NCBI GenBank assembly: GCA_907165135.1
Contig: OU015567.1
Location: 9,176,001-9,240,000, forward strand
Reading direction: 5' to 3'
Origin: Oikopleura dioica
Lineage: Eukaryota > Animalia > Chordata
DNA: 64,000 bases
The notes beneath the pieces are model-generated. The model had not been told where the DNA came from. It saw only the letters and a program-made list of their open reading frames with translations, and made no database searches. A program made the position numbers and the translations under genes. Of the stretch, positions 1-10,191 are shown piece by piece; the stretch's first letter is position 1, and every line of letters starts with the position of its first letter.

Positions 1-13
1 GCAGGGTTCTAAA

Positions 14-280
14 TCGACTAGTCGAGTTTCGACTAAAGTCGAAGTCGAGTCGAGTCTTAGTCGAAAAGACTAGCTCGACTCGACTTGGTTGATTGTGAGA
101 GAAAGTCGACTCGACTCGACTAGAAAATCATAAATATGTCGACTTAATTTCGACTAGTCGAATAAGTCGAAAAAGAAGTTAAAGATGTAGTCGAAAAAGT
201 CGAAAATCAAGTCGAAAAAGTCGAAAATTGAGTCGAAAAAGTCGAAAATTTAGTCGAATAAGTCGATTTGAAAAGTCGAA
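14..280. repeat. Left subterminal array of TCGA-core pentamers (GTCGA/CTCGA/GTCGAAAA)
   Basis: Dozens of gtcga/ctcga units directly inside the left TIR. Confidence 0.9.
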
Positions 281-393
281 AACATTCGGCAGTGAACTCA
301 AATCTTTTCTAGATTTTGTAAACTGACTTTTCTAGACTTCAGAAATGAGCCTCGCGCCAGCATCATTTTCTCGCCGCTTTAGTCGAAGGCAAC

Positions 394-3300
394 ATGTCGA
401 AGGACACTTCGAGGCCAAAAAAGAGGAAAATAGACCATGATTTTTCGCTTGATGAAATCTCCGAAATGCCGGAACTTTCTCAGGAATCGACCAATCAGAG
501 TCAAGAGATCCAGCAGTCTGCGAGTCAGCAAGTTACGGCGGAAATTTTCGATTTGACCCTCGCAGAAGAAAATGTAGTCGACGAGGCTGCATTAAATGAC
601 CACACATGGGAGAAAATAGAGTCGACTACAATTATCAATTGGCTTAAGAGACAGGATAAAGAAGTTTACGATCTACCAGAAGCTTTTTTCGCCAAACTCG
701 ACAAAAACGGAATTTTTACCGGAACAGTAAAATGCAACCGTGAGAATTGTCCAACATTTGTGAGCCGCGAGACTAAAAACAAGAAGAATATAAATGTGAA
801 AACATCTCACTGTAAGCTTTCTACGATGAAGTAATCATAATTCTTTTTAGTTTTGCAGCATCTCAAAGCAGCTCATAAAATCGAAAAAGAAAAAGATTTG
901 CCTGCTGCTTTTTCACGATTTCGCGCAAGAAAAACACCGACGATTTCCGAAAAAAATAAACAGGAAATACTTGAAATCGAATGCTCTATCTTAAGCGAGT
1001 GCAAGCTTCCAATGAGTTTCTTCCAAAGGCACTGTTTTCAAATTACTTTATTGATGATAACCATGATGCTTTTAGAGAAGCGATCAAAAAACGGGACAAA
1101 GCGATGATGAGATCAGTTGGAATTAACGAGGAAGTGATCGACCAATATATGAGTTCAAGTCCTCATATGATGAAAGAACAAATGAAAAAAAATAATGAAG
1201 AAATGAAGAAGATATTCGTAGAGATTGGTCCTTTTCTCGTTGAAGATGGAACAATGCATCTCGAAATCGATCACAAGAGCATTAAAAAGGGCACACAAGA
1301 CGAAGAGAAACACGGATTTGGAATCGTCGCGATTCTGAATTATGAAGAGATTCATGAACGATACATGATGAGTTTCAAAGCAACAGACTATACCGACACT
1401 GCAACGAACGTCATTTTATTAGAACAATGTTTGAAGGTAAGATTATTATCAAAATTACTCGAAAAACAATGAATCAAGGAATATGGGCTAATCGACGCCT
1501 GGAAAGAGAAAAGAATAATCATCAGTGGCGACTCAAAGATGGTAGGAACCATGGAAGCCCATGCGTGTCTCTGGACGATATGCCTCTCACACACTTTGGG
1601 ATGCGCCGTTGATGGGATACGAGCAAAATCGCCCATTTTCGGAGTCGAAAAGAGCAAGTTTGAAGGTCCTGATAACTTTGTCAAGGAGGCGCGAAAATCA
1701 AGAAAAATACCTCATTCTGCTCCTAAAGGTGAGTTTTCCAAAGATCAAAACAATCTTTTTTTGTCAGAAAATTTTTGCCAAAGACCAAAACAAACCATAC
1801 TTTAGTCAAAAATTATCATAAGATGCAATTGCCAAAGATCATAACAATCAAAATAGTCCAAATAAATATTTTTAGACTCGCCCAAATCGATTTCAAAATA
1901 CTTGCAGAACCAATCAATTACAGAAGTTGCCCAGTTGGACAATTTTTTTCTGTCGTTTCCTGAACAATATCAAGATTACGATCCAGAAGATGAAAAATAT
2001 CTAGCGGCACTTGAAGCAGCCAAAAATCAATTCAAAAGCTTCCCTAAAATCAAGGTAAGATATAACAAGCTTAATAAAAAAGATAATTTTATCTTTAAGG
2101 AATCGTATTTCTCCATTCGCTTTGGATCAATGTTCTCGAAATATAAACATATTCTCGAGAACTCGCGCTCCCTCAACGGCTTGAAATTGAATTTGGACCC
2201 GAAATACAGCTATCTCTTGGCGAATATCGATCTGCCTGACATGTCCTTTATGAAATCAGTATTTTTCTTTCTGAATAAGGCGCACACTCTCCTTCTGGCT
2301 TCAGAACAAAGAGATTCATCGGTAGGCTTCTTTTGCGCAATTCTTTTTAAAAAATCTTAGGTTCTCGAAGTCATAATCAGTATGGAAAATTTGGTCATCG
2401 ACGCCTGCCGAGTGAGATCAACCCTTCATTTCGAGCAAGAATACGTATTGGACCAAGCGGAGAAAATCGGGAAAGCGGTTGTGGCGAAAATTATATCTAT
2501 GTGCTTCGGAAGTGTTTGGCTCCCAAGTCATAATGATAAAATTTCTGGCATTGTCAACTCTCCCTCCGGAGAACCTCAACGATTCGTAGAAGTTCACATG
2601 GTTGCCGCACTATTACACTGGCCATACCGCCAACTCAAACTCCATCGCATGATTCGGGCGCTAAAAGAAATGGATGATGACTGTTTTTTCAAGACGAATC
2701 GAATTTTGATCGAAACAAAATTGAAAGAATGGCCAGAAATCGCCAAAAAGAAACTTCGATTTCTCTCTGAAAAAATTGAAAAAAATTCCTCGATCACTCA
2801 GATGATGACTGGCGACAAGTCCCAAAAAGGTCAAAGTGCGGACATCTACGACGACGATGACAAAACAGTGCCAGTTAAAGGAAAAATTCCATTATCCAAG
2901 CTTGACAGTGAGCTGCAGATCTATTTCAACTTGTCCACCGACCAATACGCCGAATGGAGAAACGCAAAAGTTGCTCCAGAACATAACCCCGAGTCGTTTT
3001 TCTTCAGAACATTCTGGGAAGACCACAAAATCCAAATGCCGACTTTATCGAAAATTGCTGGAAAGGTAAATTTTATAAATTTTCAAAATTTAAATAAAAA
3101 TTAGATCGGCCGCTTGCCATCATCCTCAAACGAAGCTGAGCGAGAGTTCAGTTGCTTGTCGTACCAAATGGGAACAATTTTTCATAATCAAAAAGCAGCC
3201 CATATAGAAAAGAAACAACAAACAGCGGAACATGGTCGCTTCAAAGAGGCCTTGAAAAAAATCGCTGCGCGAAAAGGACTCAAAACTCAAGCCTTTGGAA

Positions 3301-3432
3301 CATCTGAAGCATCAAAAAAAATAGTAAGAATTTTCTGAAGATATCATATTTCTTATTTTTTAGAAAATCACTCCGCTTACCCAGCCTTTCGTCATAAATT
3401 GTGGAAAGAAGAACGTCATAAAAATAGTTTGA
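394..3432 (+). CDS. Spliced hAT transposase (BED zinc finger, DDE core, C-terminal hATC dimerisation domain)
   Basis: Predicted introns 812-850, 1029-1075 (GC-AG), 1437-1478, 1729-1875, 2055-2099, 2322-2360, 3066-3104 and 3324-3363 join the ORF pieces in frame. Motifs: CNRENC...TSHFLQHLKAAH (BED), LEIDHKS (D1), ISGDSKM (D2), CLSH (CxxH), IRFGS (TRW-like), FWEDHKIQMPTLSKIAGKIGRLPSSSNEAEREFS (hATC, catalytic E). The last intron is less certain; unspliced, the stop is at 3338. Confidence 0.88.
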
Positions 3433-3469
3433 TAAATATATCCTTACTATTTAGTAATAAATTTTTTTG

Positions 3470-3665
3470 ATCTCGACTTTTCGACTTTTTATTCGACTTT
3501 CGACTTTTTCGACTTTTTCGACTTCGTTTCGACTTTTCGACTAATTAGTCGAATTAGTCGACTCGACTCGACTCGACTCGACTTAGGAGTTTCACAAAGT
3601 CTTTCGACTCGACTCGACTCGACTAGGGATTTTTTGAGTGACTAGCGACTCGACTCGACTCGACT
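3470..3665. repeat. Right subterminal array of TCGA-core pentamers (CTCGA)n / TTCGAC
   Basis: Runs such as tcgactcgactcgactcgac and tttcgac directly inside the right TIR, mirroring the left array. Confidence 0.9.
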
Positions 3666-3695
3666 TTTGATTTTGGGCTCAGATTTAGAACCCTG

Positions 3696-5404
3696 CCCGC
3701 AAGGGAATGACTCCGCCCAGGTCACTTTTTTAAATTATGGAAAATAAATACTACAGATCCTCCCCTGAATTGTCTGGTAGTCAGTTGGTAGTTTTTGTAG
3801 CCCAAGAATAACTATTCATTTTTTTATAAAGTGACCCATTCCAGACAAGCATATCTATCAGTTTGATTCTCAGCAAGTTCAACAGAGACGGAAACAATGG
3901 AGTTGTCAATAAATGCTCCTGAAAACTCCGCGGTCTGGAAAACTTGATCCGTGTGCACAAGAGCTACTGTGTCATCTTCGTCAAGCCAGTTGGCAGAGTT
4001 GCCCATGAGTCGCTATTTCCAGGGGTCGAGAAGGTTTTCTTTTTGAATTTGATTATTTCGTGTTTTTTTTCTTTGTTCGACCCCGCACACGTCACTTTCA
4101 GGATCTCATTGTAGCCCGGAAGGGGACATGTTATCGTGGCGGTTCCATTGCGTGTCCAAGGTTGATCTTATCTCTGTTGCACATTTTGATTTGATCAAAT
4201 TTTTGGAAGGAGCTTGATTTTCAACCTTTTCTTTGAGCGGCGTCGTAAAGACCTCGGGCTCGTTTTCTTTTGCAACACGGAGTTCTAGGAGATTTTGTCG
4301 GACTAGGCAAAAACACAGTTGTCTCGAGAGTGGGATTAGGAAGTACCTGGTCGACGGGCGCTCTATCCCAGAATTACAAAATTTAATTTGAACTTTCAAA
4401 AAAAGTAATTGACCCTCTATTCAAAAATTAATTATGAATTAAAATTATTTTCTTAAAATTAAAACTCTTATTTGGTATTTTTACTTCGTTTTTCCGATTT
4501 TAAGCAATTTTATGTTGGTTCGAAAATTTTCTTTTTACTAAATAATTTTAGTGAAAATATTCTATTACTGGCTGTCTATCAGTCATTTGAAATCCTCTTC
4601 CTTGTGGTGAACTTCGCAAAAGTAGTAGCCTTCGTCTTTTGGCGAAATTTGGGTGAGTTGAAAATCCTAAAAGAGAACCTTTGGTCCATTAGAAAGATAA
4701 ACCGTGCTCGTTGCTGTTATCGAAATGGAACAAAATCCGCGATTAGAAGATTTTGTTGTAACCAGCAACAAACTTAAAACGTAGAGCAGCGCTGGAATCT
4801 AAAAACTGGAGCCTTCTCGATTTTGGTTAAACGTAAATGCAATCTTATGATGTGTTTGCTATTGCCAGAGCTGGCAGATTATATTATTGTGATTGAGTCT
4901 ATTTTAATAAGGGTCAAACAAGGCGATTAGAAAGAATTTGCTGCGGTCAAAAAAAGGTGCAATAAATCGGTGATTTGAATATTAAAAAGAGGTTTGCTGG
5001 AACAATTTGCATACGAGATTGGGGAAGGGAGTCACTAGCGGTTTTATCTTTCTTATGAAAATAGTTTTATGCAAAAGGCTTTACGGTACCTGAAAGTTGG
5101 AGCGACTGACTTGAAGTCGATTTTGATACTCGCCGTTTACAGAAATTGAGACTCCCCAAATTTGAACGAGTTGTGTCCAACCAGATAAATCCTCCAAATT
5201 CTTTTTGAAATAGATAATTGCATATGGACTTGCGGCTAAATGATCAGGATTCCGGATTATTTCTGTTTTCAAATTGGTACCTGAGCGTTTGCATTGAATA
5301 ATAGCGGAGTCCCCTTTTCTTCTAAAAAGTCTCTTTTCAACCCTCAACGAAGTATCAGCACCAGATAAAGATATAAAACTAACAACGAAAAGAAAAATGT
5401 TCAT
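3696..5404 (-). CDS. Secreted or membrane immunoglobulin-superfamily protein (V-set plus further Ig domains); 3' part cut by the hAT element
   Basis: Signal peptide MNIFLFVVSFISLSGA. Ig B-strand AIIQC, EYQNRLQV, and an exon at about 4590-4666 reading DFQLTQISPKDEGYYFCEV (DxGxYxC). A second domain reads NGTATITCPLPG...QTDRYACL. Reading continues up to the TIR with no TM segment or stop. Confidence 0.7.
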
Positions 5405-5804
5405 TTTCTTTATCAAATTTTGGAGATTCCTGAAAAACTACATGAAGATTTTTGTTTGGCAATCGAGTTTTGTCAACAAAGGATCTGACAGCCATAAGAT
5501 TATCGGCTCATGCGAGGTGTACTCGCCGATGTCAACACCTAAACCACGGTAGTTCCTCTATGATCAAAAGTTAGCATCCATGAGTCATGAATTTTTTAAC
5601 ACAAATTTAATTAATAAGTTAACTTGCATCATCAGACATAACCAACCGTGTGCAATTTTGATATCAAGAGAAATGATCAAGCTCGAGCAGAATAGCTCGC
5701 GCGCGCCATCGGAGGTATCCGGAAAAATAAAGAGAGCTATTGGAAATCGCGGGGAAAAGTACGTCAAAGCGTGAACTCGCTCTCTAGATCAGCCAAAAAC
5801 CAAA

Positions 5805-8293
5805 ATGAAAATTTGGTGGGCATTTTCCGCACTTGCCATCGCTACAGAGAATGTTCAAGAAGATGAAGCAGGTAAGAGAACAAGAGATAAAAAGAGAAAC
5901 CTTTGTCCCTAATTATAGAAAATCTAATCACGGCTCTTAGATTCAAGAAAAGGAGCTCCAGATCGGGGAATGTATAATCATGACAGATTGGATGCAATGA
6001 CTTCCAGCATTTTCATGAGCGGAGGAAAAAAGAAACGAGGAGGAAAGTGTAAAAACGGAGGCTGCAAGGGAGGCAAGGGTAAGCAAACCGCTGCTAACAG
6101 TCACAGAACACCAGCTGCTCCAAAGCCTACCAAGCCAAATACGACACGATCTCCTGCTAAGAAGCCGCCAAAGAGAGGTGGTAAATGCAAGAACGGAGCC
6201 TGCAAAGGAGGAAAAGGGAAGAAAACAACCCCAGCTCCAATGAAAACTACAACCACCACAAGAACCACCACCACGACAACAACTACCACTAGAAAAACAC
6301 AACCGCCAAAGAAAGAAGCGCCAAGAGAACAGTTGAAAGGCAGCGGACATAGCAACAATCAACAAGCAGCCTACAATTACGTCGGCACTGCTGGCCAAAC
6401 CCAAGATGTCGTCGACGGTGGTGTACCACAGTTTTTCCTCCCTGGTTCCTTGACACCCGCTGATGTAACGAAGTGGGGCTCCGGTTGTTCCCTTCACTGT
6501 CTCCATGGATTTTCCGGACGATGCCAGCTTTGTGGATCTGCTGCTTGCCGCGTTGCTCCACACGAGTTCGAATGCCGTCAATATAAGCACTGCACTTTGA
6601 ACGTCAACAACGTTTGCAAACCTGGTGAAGATTGCGACGCTGTCCGCACCATGTGGTGGCAGACTTGCTGGACTAGTCCCTGCACTAGCCGATGCTGGTA
6701 CAAAGGATCTGTCGGTAACCAGGAGGCTTGTGATGAGTGCTGCGATCTTGCCTGCAGAGAAGATGACAAATACATTGGAAACAGTTGCTTCAGATGTGCT
6801 CTTTGCAAGGACAAGTGGGGACCCCATACTTGGGGAAAAGTCAGTCCCGAGGTCAAATACAATGGCCACGTTTGCTGGGGCCGAGATAGTAAGTCACCTT
6901 TTCGTTTTGAATTTTAACTAAATCTTACTAAGAAACGAGAGGAGCAATCATGCAAAAACTCAAGTACGATCTGCCAGAAGATGCAAGCAAGGTCATTGCG
7001 GGCACTTTAGAACAATCAGGTTCCTTTGCCAACTCCAAGCCAAATGGTTACAAGCCCGGCCAGTCATCCAATAACAAGGGTGACGTTGGAATCTTCACAT
7101 CGGGCGTTGGCTCATTCGAGTTGACCAAAACACCACCAAAGAAGCTTGTGCAGGATAAGAACAAAGATTGCCAGAGGATTTGCCGTGACGCGAAGCGATC
7201 CACCACCCGCGGCGAGCCAGCTCATGTCCAGGCGAAAGAATGGAACCAGTGCAAAGGTAATAAAACATCAATTTAATATGTAAAACATGATTTTACATCA
7301 CAGAGTGCTACTGCTGGGAGAATCCACAAATGGAAATGTGCGAAGCCATCGATTGCCACGTCGCTTGTTTATCCTCCAACATGTCAGGCGAGGGCTGTCT
7401 GACTTGCACAAGATGCAAAACATGTCCAGCGGTGGCGAACAAAGACAAGAACGACAACTTTGTGAACGCAGTCCAGAGCATTTTCTCGCGAGATCAGGCC
7501 GGTACAGCGCCGATTGAAGAGAACAACGGGCCACTTTTGCTCGGTGAAAGATCGACTAACAATGAGAATCGAGAATCGCTAGAAAGAACTGTCAACAGGT
7601 ACTATTCTTTGTTGATTGTATAAAACTATTTTTTTTCTAGTCAATTTGGATACATTCATGCTGCGTCGCGAGAAGCTACTCTGGCCATCCAGGAGCTCGG
7701 AATCCTCAACGTCTTCAAGCCAAAATGTCTCGCTTGCAACAGAATGGACGACCGACAATCCTGCCGAGAATCTTGCGCTGCCTACAAACGAAACCCACAG
7801 AACCATATTGCCGCGCACAACTGCAAGCAAGGCAATTGTGCAGTAATCCTTGCCAGTGCCTGCAAACAGTGCATCAGAAATTGTGACAACATCAAGTCCG
7901 TTTCGCTGTCTGCAGCTGGAAACTCAAACCCTGATATTGCCGACACCTCATTTGAGAACTGCTACCATACTTTTGGATGCGCAAGTGACTGTAAAGCTGC
8001 TCTCAAAAAGGTAATTTAGCAAGATAAGATCCTTGATTTACCATTTTTAATAGGTCAAGGGCGATTTGGAAAGCCGAAGTGGCGGAGAACTGACGTCTAT
8101 CGATGACCTGTCCCCTGAAGAAGCGATCCAATGGGCTCTCCAGCTACCCTTTGAAAGCAAAAAAGAAGCCAAGGAGAAGGGATTCTTCGTCGACGGAACT
8201 CTTGACTACTCAAACGATCAGCTTGAAGCTAAGACGAACCGAGGATTCTCTTTGATCGAAATGAAGAAAAATGGCTGGTGGTGGCGAGAGTAA
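5805..8293 (+). CDS. Orphan secreted Cys-rich protein with Lys/Gly repeats and a Thr-rich mucin segment (candidate extracellular/house protein)
   Basis: Signal peptide MKIWWAFSALAIA. GT-AG introns (e.g. 5872-5940, 6889-6931) link the ORFs 5970-6917, 6950-7276, 7330-7623, 7744-8019 and 8066-8293. KRGGKCKNGxCKGGKGK occurs twice, followed by poly-Thr and dozens of CxxxC/CxxC motifs; the protein ends WWWRE. Confidence 0.75.
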
Positions 8294-8415
8294 ATGTTTA
8301 CTCACTACTAATGATAATTTTAATGATGTGAAAATAAGCATAAAATATCGCATTCGTTTTCTTCCTGTACAAAACTAAACTGAATATTTAATAAAAATTT
8401 TCTTGAATTTATTGC

Positions 8416-9917
8416 TCAATGAAATTGCTCGGCAGGTACGAAGCAATGGACGAAAATATATAAACAGGCGTAAGAATAGGCAAGAAGCTCCATCCATCTA
8501 ACAATTCTGTAGAAAGGAGCAGCATCAACGAGAGCAATTATTTCAGAAATTTGATCGTCAAGCATACTGTTGGTAGCGGGCTCGTTGGTGATAGTTTCTT
8601 TCTCTTTGTAATACTCGCCATCGCTATCAACTTCATGCTCCGGCTCTGCTGATAGTCTGAAGATCATAAGGACTTGTTTTAGATAGATGACCTTACCGAG
8701 GTGGCTCTTGAGAAAGAAGAGCTAGACTTTCGCTGACTTGTGTTTCTATGTCTTGCAATAGTACTTCCGTTTCAAAAGCTTCATCGATGGCATCGTCGGA
8801 GAAGAATGTCATAGATGGTTGGATCCCCGCGTCGATTGTTTCCAATAAACCAAACATAAGAGTTTCAGTAGATTTTTCCTCAGTATTCTTTTGAAGGCTT
8901 AAAAATTTTTTTTTGATGAAGAAATCAGCTATCTCATAGCCTTTCCTTTCTACTTGTCTGATTTCCAGTATTTCTCAAGTACGGCTCAATCAAACTAAAA
9001 GCATTCACTTGAGCACTTTTATCATCCTTTTCTTCTATTTGCGTTGCTTGAACTCCTTCATCTCGCAGTTCTGCTGGCGAGACTTGAGTAAATTCATCTC
9101 TCACTTCGTTCTCGGAAACTTGTGTGAAGTTTTCTATAAGTTCAGTAGATGGAAGCCTCGGTGGAAAATATATTTCTTCATCCGCGTAATTTGAAGTTTG
9201 GTGAGTTGAGAGAAATGTCTCCCTGTCGATGAAATTACCATAGCGGTCTGTTGGGTTCCAGAAGCTGTCGAGTGAAGTTGAAGATAATTTCTGAGAAGAG
9301 AAGGAATAGTCCCCTGATGACGAGATTCTTTCTGGCGTCTAAAAAAGGCTTTCAATTTATATTTATTTTTCTGCTCACAATCGGTCCATGTTTCGGTATC
9401 TCGGGAACGTTCAACGGTACATCATCATAATCCGGCATTTTAGGGCGCACGAAAATCGACATTCTACCGCCACCTTCATCGACAAGGGTCTCTTTGAATT
9501 CTTTCGTCGGAACAGTTAAGTAACTGTATTGATACTCCTCGTATTCGCCGTCATCGTTATCAATATTATTTGACAGGTCTTTCATCTTCTCGGTTTTGGC
9601 AGAAACAGAGATAAAAATAAAGAGTTCTCTATTTGCAAAAATATTGATCACTCTCAATTTGTAAAATTTCGAAAGATTCAATATTTTTATCTCTGTCAGG
9701 AATCTTCTCTAAGACGCTCAATCCCCGACGAGGATCACCCAGGTCTGTCGATCTGCGAGATATTCGACGAGTTGCAGCATTTTGAAGGCGACCTAATGAC
9801 TGCCGAAGTCTATTAGAGAAGATATTCGATGGAAATCCCTTTCAAAAAGAAAATCTTCAGACCCTTGCTATCGATTCTGAAGTCCATGCCAGCACTTGAT
9901 GGCTTTGGCTTGAGCAT
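8416..9917 (-). CDS. Uncharacterised multi-exon protein, acidic, with a hydrophobic C-terminal segment
   Basis: ATG at 9917 (MLKPKPSSAG). ORF pieces 9352-9681, 9134-9355 and 8416-8667 are separated by AT-rich intron-like gaps. The C-terminus WMELLAYSYACLYIFVHCFV could be a tail anchor. Exon structure is not fully resolved. Confidence 0.45.
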
Positions 9918-10191
9918 TTTTGCACACTTTTAAACTAAATTTAGTCTGAATTTTATAATTTATGAAACAAATCGTTCTAGAAAGATGAACTTTCGCAATA
10001 AAGCAAACCAACAGTACTTGGGCCGATTGCACAAATCCTTATCATTGCAGGTTTGAGCGTCACGCAGAGCATGGCAGGAGCCCTGTGCCGGCCGATTTGG
10101 ACGCAAAAATAGATTGATAAGAAGTTGCTCATGCCACTTCAAGCCTCAATAAATACCCCATCGAAAGGCAGTACTTCATCAGAGCTTTGCT

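Larger units (their letters stand above)
2..3695 (+). mobile_element. Full-length autonomous-looking hAT-superfamily DNA transposon
   Basis: TIR CAGGGTTCTAAATC (2-15) is the exact reverse complement of GATTTAGAACCCTG (3682-3695). CAG/CTG termini are typical of hAT. The right flank 8-mer CCCGCAAG (3696-3703) ends in G, matching base 1, consistent with an 8-bp TSD. TCGA-rich subterminal repeats lie at both ends and a transposase gene lies inside. Confidence 0.93.
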
